From the NCBI GenBank assembly GCA_013265495.1, contig MU057724.1:620001-684000 (forward strand): a stretch of DNA of 64,000 nt, written 5' to 3'. The notes beneath the pieces are model-generated. The model saw nothing but the letters and a program-made list of their open reading frames with translations. It was not told the origin of the DNA and ran no database searches. This stretch comes from Vicugna vicugna. Taxonomy: Eukaryota. The first letter of the stretch is position 1. Every line of letters starts with the position of its first letter. The translations under genes were made by a program, and so were the position numbers. Below are positions 50,241 through 61,079 of the stretch, in pieces.

Positions 50241-51644
50241 AACCGCAGTTTAATTCGGGACCAGAGACAAGCGCTCTCCCGCACAGCAGTGACGAAGTCG
50301 GAGGTCGAGGGCAGGGGCAGGACGTCCCTGGACGTCACCTGTGGCCCCGGAACACGGATCCTGAGGAGGGAGCGGGGCTCAGCCACAGGGTGACTCCCCG
50401 TGTCCAGAGCCGGCCTCCAGGGAGGAGAGCGTGTCACCGTCCGACAGCGTGCCTTTTGTCAGGAAGGTGTTTCCCTCCTGTCCCCTCCGCATGGCTCGTC
50501 CGGGGACCCCGCGGGACGCCCATCCCTGGAGGGGCCGCTGCAGCGTGGGGTCTGCCTGTTGAGGGGTGCCCAGTAGCACCACCTCACTGCACCTCCTGGG
50601 GGGCCCACATCCCCGAGGTCGCACGAAACCTCAGTGGAAACCGTCTGCGCTGCTGAGTCTGGGGCCGGCCTGGCCAGGTCAGCACGTGCCCTGTGCCCTC
50701 CACGGGTGTCCATCTGCAACCCCTGTGTGCTCAGTCCCCAGCCCTGTGGGCAGGGTCTTGGGGACCTCGTCCCCTGCAGCCCCCTAGCGCTGTGCACGCA
50801 GAGGGGCTCCTGCCTGACCAGAGGGCGTTGGCAGACCCTGGGGAGGCAGCCAGGAGCTCTGGGGGGGCACAGCAGGGGCTTGGGGCCGCGGCAGCTCAGG
50901 GGTGGCAGCCCCATGTGGTGGGGGCTGTGGTGCACCTGCCCCCCACGCCCCTGGGGCTCCAGAATTGTCCGTATCCACGTCTCTACAACTGCACGGCTCC
51001 TGGAGGGACGAGGTCACCTGACATCCCACCTCAGGCAGCAGCAGGTCCCGACAGGGCTCAGGTGGTTGGAGCCGCTGCCCCAGGTACTGGGGTCCTGAGA
51101 ATTCAGGACCTGCGAGGAGGGAGGGAGCCCGTCACCCTGGCCCCCATGCAGGCCCCCTGCCCACCTGCCCAGGTGCTACTCGCCTGCCGGGCGTCAGAGG
51201 AGAGACCCAGGAGCCTCCCCCGCACGCGGCTCCTGGGGCCAGGGTGTCACACCCAGTGGACGCAGCACCCTGGGGCCCTGAACGGTGCTGCTCCGGGGCT
51301 CGGAGGCCGGGCCAGCCTGTCCCGACTGACTTCTGCTGGGAGCCTCCCTCCCTCCCTGGCCCTGCCTGCAGCCCTGCAGCGAGCCCTCCCCTCACAGCGC
51401 CGACTGTCACCTGGTGGGGGGGGGGTTCCGACAGCGTGAAACACCCTTGTCTTGCCCACGTCCCGTTCTCCGCAATCTAACAGCCCTGCCCAGAGGGCTG
51501 GGCGCCTCCTTGACCAAGTGTGGGGGCTTGAAGACGTCACCTGGCTCCAGTCCCTCCTCCTGTTTCCAGCTGAATGCCTCAGCTGCTTATTTGCGAACCT
51601 GCCTCTGACTGTAGGTCACGAGACGGGCTGAGCAGTCCTTCAGC

Positions 51645-52303
51645 AAAGATCCCTGGGCCTGGTGTGGGCCTGGACCCCTGTCGGCCCCTGGATGAGCCAA
51701 CAGGACCCAGATGCAGCTGGAGGCTCTGGGATGCTCGGGGAGCCACCGTGCCCCGGGAGGGACGAAGGTGGATGGAAGAGGACGCCAGTGTGAAGGCTGG
51801 GAGGCCAGGGCTGAGCAGGGGCCACAGACTCCATGTCCAGCTCGGCCTCTGGAGGGGGGAGCCGGAGCCCGGGCCCACCACCCCTCCCCTCCCTGCACGG
51901 CTCAGCCTCCCTTGCCGCACCCCACCCCGGGGGGATGCCGCCTGCGCCAGCGAAGCCGCCAGAACCGTGGGCCCCACCAAAGTGCACCCACCCTCTGCCT
52001 CCCCCCTCCCCCGGCTGTGCTCCTGCGGGCGCACAGGGCAGCCGCCCAGCTATTCAGAGAGACGCGTGGCCCTGCAGACTCGGAACATGTCCCGACTGCA
52101 CCTGCAGATCCTCCCCCGGGGCCGCGGGCACTGGCTGCGCTGCACCTGCCATGGGCGCGCCTTCCTCTGGGCCACATACCTGGTGCCGGGCGTGCAGGCC
52201 CCGGCCTGCTCCACATCCTGCCCTGCCCGCGCGCGTCTGCCCCCCGCAGCCAGGCCGGGACTCTGCCCGAGGGTTTCCTACAGCGATGGGAAGGGAGAGG
52301 GGC
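51645..52303 (+). repeat. Local duplication, copy 2 (about 660 bp direct repeat)
   Basis: Same as copy 1; ORF track shows identical peptides (QPPSYSERRVALQTRNMSRL...VSYSD) in both copies. Confidence 0.97.
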
Positions 52304-53404
52304 AACCCCCACCCCCTTAACACTCAGTCTTATCTCTGTTTTCTTAAACATCTCATGCGCTGAAAACCGTGCCCCTGACTCAGTGGACCCCCTCCCTCTC
52401 CCTCCATCTCCTCCCCCTCCTTCTTCCCGAGACCACGGCGACTCCAGTTTCCTGGCCTGTGTGCTCCCTGCAGGCGGGACAGTGTGACTTCTGTCTGCAG
52501 ACACTGGACGTGGGGGCCACCCGTTGTGTGCAGACCCAAACAGGACAGGTTTCAGGGTCCTGGAAAAGCAGGAGGTGCACCCACCTCCCAGGCAACGACT
52601 GACCCTAATTCCTAGGGCCACTGTGTTCCTTCCTGCGTTTACATGAGTCAAAATCAGCACCCAGTCATATTTAGAAATTCAAAGAGACAAGGCCTGCTTT
52701 GCACTTGGTCAAATTTACATGATCCAATTTAAGAGCACAGCAAGGCGGCCAAGGTCCGCATTTGGCCGGCTGACCCTCACAGAACTTGCAGGCAAGTCCG
52801 TGTTTGCCCAGCCGCTTGTAGGCTTTGGTGCTTTCACCGCGACCCTGCTTCCCGCTAACTTCTCAGTAACACTCCAGTACCTCACAGCCAGCGCAGCAAA
52901 CGCGCGGAGCCTCGAGCGTGGTCGGCTGGTGGGGAGCGCAGGACGGTGCCGACTGCTTCAGAATTAGTGGTGTCTTGCTGGGCGAGAGGGAAATTCAAGG
53001 AACTCGAGTGTGCCTCTTAAAGGGAATGAACTAGCACGCGTCCGCCTGTGAGTCTGTGATGAGGGCAGTGCGTGTGTGTGCGCGTGTGTGTTAATGGGGG
53101 GAGATGTCACAAAAACTGACTCTGAGAGAACAACACTCGTGAAAATTCCCCTCGGGGTTTTGCCCTGGTTTCAGGGGAGTCCTGCCTGCAAATACATCAG
53201 GTTGTTAAGGCTGTTTCCAGAGACATCCCTCAGCTCCCTTTGGCTTCAGCAAAGCCCACGTTTGGTCACGAGCGAGGGCCCAGGGCCATTTCTTCGAGTC
53301 CTGGTTGCCACGATCTTCCTCGTCACCGACAAGCTCCTCGTGAGAACTCAGGAGGCCCCGGGACACTGATGTCAGAGGCAAACCTCTTTCACCTCCAGGT
53401 TTTT

Positions 53405-53600
53405 ATCATACTTCACAGTTTACAAGATGCTGTCTCAGGCTTATCTCATTCTGTTGTTCCAAAAACCCCATGTGATGGGGTAGAGAGCAGGCATTTCCCC
53501 ATTTTACATGCGGTGTCACTTCTGGAGTAATTTATAGCGTGTGAATAGGGTGGCCCCAGGTCCGACTTTGCCTGGAGCCGCCCGGATCCCGCGGTCTTGT
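53405..53600 (-). mobile_element. MIR SINE remnant
   Basis: ttatctcattctgttgttccaaaaaccccatgtgatggggtag...ccccattttaca resembles antisense MIR core. Confidence 0.65.
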
Positions 53601-55944
53601 TGTAACTACAGCCCCCCAACCCCCCCCCCGGTCTACAAACCATGTTTCATTTACGTCAGACTTTCAAAGTCCAGTGACTGGTGAGGTCAGGGATGAGGTC
53701 GGGGGATGTGGTCGGGGCCTGGCCGCAAACCCGCCTCCACTCGCTGAGGTCCTCAGGCTGGGTCCTGGCATCTGGCAAGAGGCACGTCGTCACCAAGCTC
53801 TTGTGTTTGCTGCTGGACCGCGTGGCCACCTGCCTCGGCACCTTCTGCTTCTCCAGGGGGAGGACTTCCAGGTGCTGCCCAGGATGGCCCAGAGGCTCCT
53901 TCCGTGTCCCCTGTTGGAGGAGTCCAGCCCTCTCCTTTCCCAGGAGGACTTCTGCTCCCCTGACAGCCGGCCGCGGCCCCACCTCTCCTCACGCACTGGC
54001 CTCGGAGCCACAGTCCGGCCGCGTGGCCAGGCGAGGCCCCAGCCTAGTGTCCAGGCTCCTCTTGGGACTGAACACGGACACCTTTACGTGCAAACTGGGA
54101 ACTACAACTAAAGGAAGAAAATTCCAAGGGGTTTCAGACGCGAAGAGCCCTGCAGGGAGCTGGGGTCCCCTCCACACGTGCGGGTGAACCATGGAGCAGC
54201 CTGGGGCGCGTGGGTCTGAAGCTGCGTTTACGTGAAACCTGGACGGAGCGCTCCCTGGACTTCGTGCGCCGTGCAGTTGAGGTCACAGGGGTTGTTTTGC
54301 TCTCTGACTCCTCCGATCCTGAAGGATTTAAGGAAGCCTCGATCACGTGGTTTGAAGTAATCTTGAAGCCGGCCCTGGGCTCACCGCCCTGGCGGGAGGC
54401 AGTGATTCAGCTTAGAAAGCCACTTGCAGAGGAAACCGGTAGATTCTCGGCCCACCTGGTGCACCTCTCCGTCGCCGGCTCACTGCCCTGGGCTCTGAGC
54501 CGCTGTGTCCCCCGTCCACACCAAGCCCCTGGAGACGGGACAGGGGACGGGGCACAGGCTGAGGGCACGGAGTCACCTGACGCCTTCCAGCGCGGCGCTC
54601 CGCGGGGCCGGCCGGGCCACGTAACAGGGCGGGGTGGCTGCCGGGGAGGCTGTGAGTCTCGGGGGAGGAGTGTTTTCCTGACGGGGAGTTGGGAGGCGGG
54701 GGGGGGGGCACGGAAAGCCACACGTCAGGACCAGGGCGCTGGGAGCCGTCAGCTGCCTGTCGTCGTGAACGGGGTCTGGGGGGAAGGTGTGTTTCACTGT
54801 GTCGCTCCTGCGGCAGCTCCTCGTGAGTCCTCACCCTGTCTCGGCCACACCCGGCGAGAGCCGGCCCGCAGCCCCGGCGGCCGTGGGGGACCGGGGACGG
54901 TTCCGCGGGGAGGCGAACGTAGCTGACGAGGCGCGTCGGGCAGACGGGCGCTCCGAGGGGCGGCTCAGAGCAGGCGTCTCGACACGGCTGTCTTTGGGGT
55001 TTTAAGCAGATTTGACTGGAATTCCCTCTACAATCTCTCTCATTAAAAATGACACAACAGTGTTGGGGTGTGGGGGGGTCGCGGTGGATCCAGGCCGTGG
55101 CAGTGGTGGCCGCGTGGCAGAGCCCTCCGGCCCGGCCCGGCGAGGGCAGAGGGACTGGCCTGGACGCTGGTAACCAGTGGCTCAGCTCCAGCGGGGACCT
55201 GTGGATGCTCGGGGTGATTTTACGGTACAAGCAGTTGCAGGCTCGGCTTCTTACAAGTGCAGTCTTGCACCAGAGATGTTTGCAGGTGAAGAATGCAGGA
55301 CTACCAGTTTTCAGTGGTGGTTTTCAAATCCTGCAGTTAAAAAAAAAGTACTTGTTTCCCAAACAGAGTCTTTCCATGCTGCTTGTGAGGGCGCGCAGCC
55401 TGCCCGGAGGGCCCCCCGAGTGCGGGAGGAGGGACGCCACGCTCTGAGGAGCCAGCTGGGGGAGGCTCTGTTCAACCCTCCAGACGCTGGCTGCTCCCCT
55501 GCGGTCCTGACCCCGGGGCCCAACGGCAGGGACTGGCTGCGCCCGGGAAGGGAGGTGCAGAGCAAGACGGGATGGATGCGTCCTCAAAGGGACCTGCTGC
55601 CCTCGGACGCCCCGCTGTTAAGCTGAGCGAAGTCTCAGTGTTGAGATCATTTGTGAGTTGCTCCAGCAGTGAAATGAGAAGAGCAGAACGGAGCGACTGG
55701 GACAGATCACGGGGAGGAACGGGGTTGGGGGCGAGCCCTGCACTGGGTGGGAAGCCCCAGGTTCTTCGTCCAGGGCGGACAGCATCTTCAGTTTCAACAA
55801 AATTATTTAGACTTTTTGGAAGGCTTTTTTAGTTTTAGAAATAGTCAAGTAATAAAACAGGATTATTCACATGGAAGTCCGTTTTTACTCAGCCTGCAAT
55901 AAAAAGGTTAGGTACAGGTATATAAAAGTACGGAATTCTTTACA

Positions 55945-56420
55945 TGATAAATTAAAATCCTGGTCACCCACGGTGCACAGACTTGGCAGAGGAGCTCGAA
56001 GGTCGCGCACCCGCACTTCTCACGCGTGGGCCTGGCAGGCCCTCCTGGATGGTGCCTGCTAACATATGCTGGAAATCACAAAATCATGCAGGCCTTTCAC
56101 CCGACATTCTGACTTTTGCAAAATTACCCCCAGTAAGTGAGCACGTGGAGAGATTTACCTACAAAGAGAGTTTATTTGGGGCATTACTTGTAACAGCAAA
56201 ATGTGGGAACAAGCAAGTGTGTGCGACGGGGAAGCGGTGCCGGACGAGTGTCTGCCCACCCAGGACAGTGCTCCTGAGACAGTGGGACACAAAAAGCAGC
56301 CGACAGAGCGCGATCCAGCGTGCTTGCTCAAACACACGGGTGTGCTCCGTGCATAACCACGGGGATACTTACAAATGCCTTAAGAAAGGCTGAAAAGAGT
56401 CTACACCAGAATATTAATAT
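55945..56420 (+). mobile_element. Ancient L1M (L1MC/L1ME-like) 3' region remnant
   Basis: Degraded similarity to L1 3' region motifs (ttacttgtaacagcaaaatgtgggaacaagcaagtg ~ ttcataatagccaaaaactggaaacaacccaaatg). Confidence 0.6.
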
Positions 56421-56604
56421 TTTAATTTTGATTTTTGAATTTCCTAAACTTCTGAAATACTCTTCAGTGATCCTGTATCATGGATACTCAGAGAAGTACA
56501 ATAAAAAATTTAAACTATATTGTGTTGCCGACAAAAGATAGAAAAATCTTGTCACAGTCCAAGACTCTAACATTTTAAGAAGACACTTGGACAGCAAAAG
56601 AGCT

Positions 56605-56610
56605 TTTATT
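56605..56610 (-). terminator. Candidate polyadenylation signal of calaxin
   Basis: Minus-strand AATAAA followed by CA at +16/+17 (about 56588) and a GU/U-rich element (GTGTCTTCTT). Confidence 0.65.
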
Positions 56611-56647
56611 TCATGAAGGTGCATATTCCATTTACTCGTAGCAGTCT

Positions 56648-56851
56648 TTTTTCCCCTTTTTTACTGAAGCACGGTCAGTTGCAGGGGGCTGGTTTCTGGT
56701 GCATGGCGGCGTGCTGCGGTCATGTGTGTACACACGTCTGTTCCTGCTCACACACTTCTTCCTGACAGGTGACCCCAGGCTGCTGAATACGGTTCCCTGA
56801 GCTGCACAGTAGGACCTTGCTGTTTGTCTATTTTCTATACAGTCCACTTTT
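56648..56851 (-). mobile_element. 5'-truncated L1 3' end of cetartiodactyl type inside the predicted calaxin 3' UTR
   Basis: Minus strand reads aaaatagacaaacagcaaggtcctactgtgcagctcagggaaccgtattcagc...cttcagtaaaaaag, resembling the recalled artiodactyl L1 3' terminus (aaatagataaacaacaaggtcctactgtatagcacagggaactatattcaa...ttcaataaaaaa); A-rich tail; possible TSD tagcagtct (56639-47) / taacagtct (56852-60). Confidence 0.75.
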
Positions 56852-57952
56852 TAACAGTCTACTTTTCTGTTTCACGCAGTGTGTTTTTGCTTAATCAGAG
56901 CAGAGCACATGCAATCACAAAAGGGACTTAATATCTGGAGCAGCCTCTGAGTGCTTCTGGTGGACAGAGGTGTCCCCTCCCAGCGGCCTGCCCGGGAGCC
57001 TTTGCGGGAGGCAGAGCGCAGCCCAGGACCAGACTGAGGTCTCATTCCCAACACTCCCTCTATGGCCACAGACACCTGCTGGGCAGGAGGAGGCAGGGGG
57101 AGCGGTGGCCGCAGGAGTCCCTGGCCAGCGGGCACCGTGGGCTGTGACCTGGGATGAGGGGCTGCAGGAGAGGAATCCTGGGGGGCAGGTCCAAGGGGAC
57201 AGAGAGGGGCTGGCGGTGGAGACAGAGGGAGACAGAACAGAGAGGGGGCTTCGCATCCCCCTGCGAGGGTCACTGGGGTGACCCCAGAGGCCAGGCCTTG
57301 TCCATCAGGCCCAGGAAGGCCCACTGCCCCTCTGCCCCTCGTGGGGGTCTGTCTGGGGTTCTTTGTACTTTCAACCCACAGTGTTCATGGAGGCCCATTC
57401 TGGCCGCGGGCAGCCAGGCTGTCACGCTGAGGCCTCAGGCAGGGACACAGGTCGTTCGAATGCAGGCTCCGTGTCCCTGAGCCCCCTCGGTGCCCAGTGG
57501 AAACACCTTCCAGGGCCCGCTGCCAGAATCCTTCTCTCTGATGTCGTCTTGACTCTTTACTGCTCCAAAGGAAATTCAGGAGCTTCAGTGATTTTTTAAA
57601 TGTATTCCCAGCATCTTTCTGACATGAAGAAAATAACTCATGCTTATGTAATCTCTCTGTTCATCTCCTTCATGCAAACATTTCATGACAGTTACGTGTG
57701 TCAACAGATAAGTCTGGGTGATAAGGCGTCTCTAGCACGTAACCCGTCCGGCCAACCCAGCAACGTGTCACAGGGAGCTTCCTGTCTTCGGCTGATTTAC
57801 TTGCATCCTAACTAAAGCCGGGCGCTACGTGTCAGTCAACCCTGTCCCCCACCCTCGAGTGCGCAGTCACCTCCTGAGCGGAGCAGGAAAGACACACAGT
57901 CTGTATGTGCCTCCTCATTCGCTCGCTTGAGACAACACAGACATTCAGGGAT

Positions 57953-58012
57953 TCACATCTCGCTGAATTCGTGTGGCTCCTTGAATACGTGGGCTTCAAA
58001 TTCCATCTGGCT
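57953..58012 (-). CDS. EFCAB1 (CLXN): Calaxin last coding exon (exon 6 CDS part, SQMEFEAHVFKEPHEFSEM*)
   Basis: Acceptor cttctacttcacAG|AGCCAGATG in phase 0; TGA stop at 57955-57953; similar to recalled human C-terminus SQMEFEAQVFKDPNEFNDM. Confidence 0.93.
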   Translation of the reverse strand, partial: SQMEFEAHVFKEPHEFSEM

Positions 58013-58033
58013 CTGTGAAGTAGAAGTGCTCAC

Positions 58034-58040
58034 GTTAGTA
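58034..58040 (-). promoter_or_regulatory. Perfect TACTAAC branch point of calaxin intron 5
   Basis: Plus-strand gttagta = TACTAAC on minus; branch A (58035) is 23 nt upstream of the exon 6 start, the canonical spacing. Confidence 0.8.
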
Positions 58041-58089
58041 CAGACTTCCAACAAGGGGGAACAACAACAGGAAATGTTCTCCGTGTCTC

Positions 58090-58600
58090 CTTAATGTCTG
58101 GAGAGACGGCAGTGACTGGGGAGGAGCGAGGGTCAGGAACCACTCACAGCTGGCAACTGGGTGACTCCGCTCCGGCCCAGGGCAGTTCTGGGGTCTCAGG
58201 CAGGCGAGACTACGTGGTCCAGCCCCGGGAGCCCCGCCCACTGAGCTCGGCTCACAGGCCAGAGCCCGCAGGGCGGGCCGGAGGGTGGGCACACAGTGGG
58301 GGTCCAGGAGGAAGGACCATGTCGCAGCCAGGCTGGGGTGGGCAGCGCAGATGCTTCCTGGACAGGAGAAGCTGGACGAGGAGCTCGGGGTGGGGAAGGG
58401 ATGAGGGCGAGGAAGACAAGAACCCAAGAGCTGAACCCTTGGGATTGTTCACTAGGCGGGCGTGGTGACCTTGGCAAGAGCAGCGTCAAGGGCAGACAGG
58501 AGAAAGTGGTGGTCGTGTAAGGCACGAATGCGGACAATTCTTCTAAGACGCCTGGCTGTGAAAAAGCCTCGGACAGCAAATAGGGGCAGGTGTGGGATTC
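58090..58600 (-). mobile_element. L2 (LINE-2) remnant in calaxin intron 5
   Basis: ggtgaccttggcaagagcagc and gcggacaattcttctaagacgcctggctgtgaaa resemble antisense L2 (ggtgaccttgacaagagcagt; agacaactctttcgaggagttttgctgtaaa). Confidence 0.55.
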
Positions 58601-58797
58601 GGGGACGTTCTTTCCCTCCCTCCCTTCTCTTTTGTTTGTCAGATGCGACAGGTTTAGATCTGTTTAAATTCTGATAGAAAGGTTTTAGTAGTGAGGGAAG
58701 AGGTTGAAATGCAAAGATGCAGGTAAATGATGAAATTCCTGAGGAGACAGAAGGACAGAGATCCAGAACTCTGCACCAGGCACTTCAGAGATCTGTG

Positions 58798-58840
58798 CAC
58801 CCACCCACCCTTCCATCCCCCACCCACCCACCCATCCATC
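58798..58840 (-). repeat. (GGGT)n-like tract with a compact G-quadruplex motif in calaxin intron 5
   Basis: Plus-strand CCCCCACCCACCCACCC at 58817-58833 = GGGTGGGTGGGTGGGGG on the transcribed strand. Confidence 0.85.
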
Positions 58841-59008
58841 TAGGTACCAGGCCATGAACCAGCTGTTGTCTTCAGTGGGCTTTCTCTCTTCTGAAGCCAT
58901 TCTCTGAGGGGAATGTGGTTCACCTGATCACCCCCCAAACCAGGAAGCCCTGGGCTGCTGGCCCTACGGTATATTTTGGTCACTGTTCAGCGAAAGCAGT
59001 ACTGTCAC

Positions 59009-59113
59009 CTTTGGGTCAGGCAGACATGGTCCAAATGCTTCCAGTAGCAGAGTCTCTTCTCTGACGGCTTGTTCGTAGTCTGCGACGGACAGCTTCCCGT
59101 CGTGGTCGCGGTC
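59009..59113 (-). CDS. EFCAB1 (CLXN): Calaxin coding exon 5 (105 bp, phase 0-0), EF-hand loop DRDHDGKLSVAD
   Basis: Acceptor ggctggccccccAG|GACCGCGAC, donor CCAAAG|GTgaca; encodes DRDHDGKLSVADYEQAVREETLLLEAFGPCLPDPK. Confidence 0.95.
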
Positions 59114-59344
59114 CTGGGGGGCCAGCCATGCATCAGTTAACATGCTGACACCACCACCAATACCTACTGCTCCTCCAGTTCAAGTATCAGCAGGGGAAAG
59201 CTGGCAGATACTGACGTCGAAGAGAACTTTTACGTAACAAAAGAGCACGCTCTAAGGGCATTACTTCACTACGTGGGAAATGTGGGCACTGTGATTTGAA
59301 TTCTTACTTCTCTCCCCTATGTGGCCTAGCTTGCCCATATTTAC

Positions 59345-59496
59345 CATTTTCTTGAGTGTTATTTCGACCAAATCTTTAACTCCTTCGTCAGGGTCTTCTT
59401 CGGACGGCTGCTTGAGAAGGCTGTTCTTCAACATGTGGAACATCTCCTCCTTTGAGATGAATCCATCGCCGTTCAGATCAAACACTTCAAAGCAAT
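59345..59496 (-). CDS. EFCAB1 (CLXN): Calaxin coding exon 4 (152 bp, phase 1-0), EF-hand loop [12 protein letters not shown]
   Basis: Acceptor ttttttttttcaAG|ATTGCTTTG, donor AAAATG|GTaaat; encodes [50 protein letters not shown] (ORF 59261..59485). Confidence 0.97.
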
Positions 59497-60146
59497 CTTG
59501 AAAAAAAAAATAACCAACAAGAATTTGCTACTGTCAGCAAGGGGACACTCGCTCTAATCAAGTGGTCAGAGCCCAGGGCTCTAGTGTTAATGTCCTTCTC
59601 AGGCCAAAGGCCTCCGTGCAACCCGGTTTCTGTAAAAAGGGCTGCAGGCCTACTTGTCGACTCTACTCGACAATCTTAGAACAACCTTCTTCACTCTCAG
59701 CTGCGGGGAGCGTGCCGGGAACACCGACAAGTTAACATTTCATCTTGAAAATCTTGGGAAACTGACTGAAATGGAGCCCCCTGGAGTGAATGAGGAGTTA
59801 ACTAAGAGTTGGAACACTTGCACCCATGTTCTCTCCCTTTGTGGTTCCGACTCCAGTGATGAGGTATGTAAGGCGCTCCCCACCTTCATACGCAAGTGTG
59901 CATATGTGGTCAGCCTGCGCGGTCTTGCTTGGCACAGATTCCTCCTCGGAATCTCCTGATTTTCCTCTTTCTCATTTTTTTTTTCAATCCTTATCATTGA
60001 CTTGAATTCACTCCATAAAAGAGGCTGCTGGGAATTCAAACCACCAGACAGCAGACAAGCCCACCGTCCCAGCTGGGCCGGAGGGCGCCGGGCTAGACTC
60101 CTTAGGGACCTCGTGAACAAGCCGAGAGGGCAACGTGAAGGCTTAC

Positions 60147-60251
60147 ATTTCATTTTTTCTTCCAGAGTCCCTCGAAGAAACACTGATAGTCCACACACCC
60201 ACTCCGTTACACTCACACAGCCGTCGTTGTCTTTGTCAAAACCTCGGAAAA
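60147..60251 (-). CDS. EFCAB1 (CLXN): Calaxin coding exon 3 (105 bp, phase 1-1), EF-hand loop [12 protein letters not shown]
   Basis: Acceptor ttctctctccgcAG|TTTTCCGAGG, donor ATGAAAT|GTaagc; encodes [34 protein letters not shown] (part of ORF 59740..60216). Confidence 0.96.
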
Positions 60252-60792
60252 CTGCGGAGAGAGAAGCAGGCAGGACACGCGTGCTGGGCTTCTGTTCTCA
60301 GTGATGCGTCTGCTTTGGTGCTGCCCACCTTTCAGGCAGGACCACAGGGCCGCGTGGCCCCGTGCCCTCATCTGACCACGGAGGACACTGAGATGTCGAA
60401 ACACTGGGAACTTTCACTGAAGCTTTGGGAAGAGTCCCTTGACATTTTGTGGGAACAAGTAAATTCTGAATGTCTAAGCATATTGATCCAACAGTTCACA
60501 TATGAACATACTGGTATATTAAATACGTTGATATATTAACATAAAATATATGATCTTATGTCTTTATTACTCAAGAAGAGTAATGCTATTACGTGACAGA
60601 TAAAATTATGTTATTTTTATGGAAATACTTTTGATGATTTAAGGAAATATACATGTCCTTTTCAAATTTTTTATTATTATACTTATGAAGTAGAAAGAGA
60701 AATATTTCAGGGTTTCTAATATAAAGTAAGGGAAACCTAGTTAGCCAAGCTTTGTCCTCTTCTTAAATACACAGAAACACAGAAAGAGTGGT

Positions 60793-60940
60793 CCCCACCT
60801 CCCTCCCTACACCCCCATCTCCTCCCTACGCCCCCCATCTCCTCCCTGCAGGCCCCATCTCCTCCCTACGGCCCCCATCTCCTACAGCCCCCGTCTCCTC
60901 CCTATGCCCATCTCCTCCCTACGCCCCCCATCTCCCTACC
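60793..60940. repeat. 20 bp minisatellite (CCCCCCATCTCCTCCCTACG, about 8 imperfect copies) in calaxin intron 2
   Basis: Period-20 units directly visible, e.g. 60811-30, 60831-50, 60851-70, with some units carrying short deletions. Confidence 0.92.
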
Positions 60941-61079
60941 CATGAATATAAACCGAGGTTTATTTCTGGGTGGAACTGGGAATGTAGAAGTTAAGCTTCC
61001 CACCAAGAGCATGTCTAAACCCCAAACTACTTTCCCCTGTTATGGCTGGATTTGGCCCATCTGAAGATTGTCCTCTTAC

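Larger units (their letters stand above)
56588..57952 (-). other. EFCAB1 (CLXN): Predicted calaxin 3' UTR (~1.35 kb)
   Basis: Runs from the stop codon to the first downstream AATAAA and predicted cleavage site; no earlier AATAAA/ATTAAA seen on the minus strand. Confidence 0.6.

Noticed and set aside
47339-52303. The two direct repeats as LTRs of a ~5 kb retroelement
   Set aside because: No TG...CA termini, no target-site duplication, no primer-binding site or polypurine tract, and no gag/pol similarity in between.
1-56000. SNAI2 or another coding gene, CRISPR arrays, rRNA, telomeric arrays
   Set aside because: No zinc-finger/SNAG coding sequence or any such pattern seen; the SNAI2 link rests only on recalled human synteny outside this window.
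59261-59344. C-terminal extension [27 protein letters not shown] of ORF 59261..59485 as an alternative calaxin end
   Set aside because: Simple read-through past a good ATG|GTAAAT donor; canonical exons 5 and 6 are intact and nothing supports intron retention.
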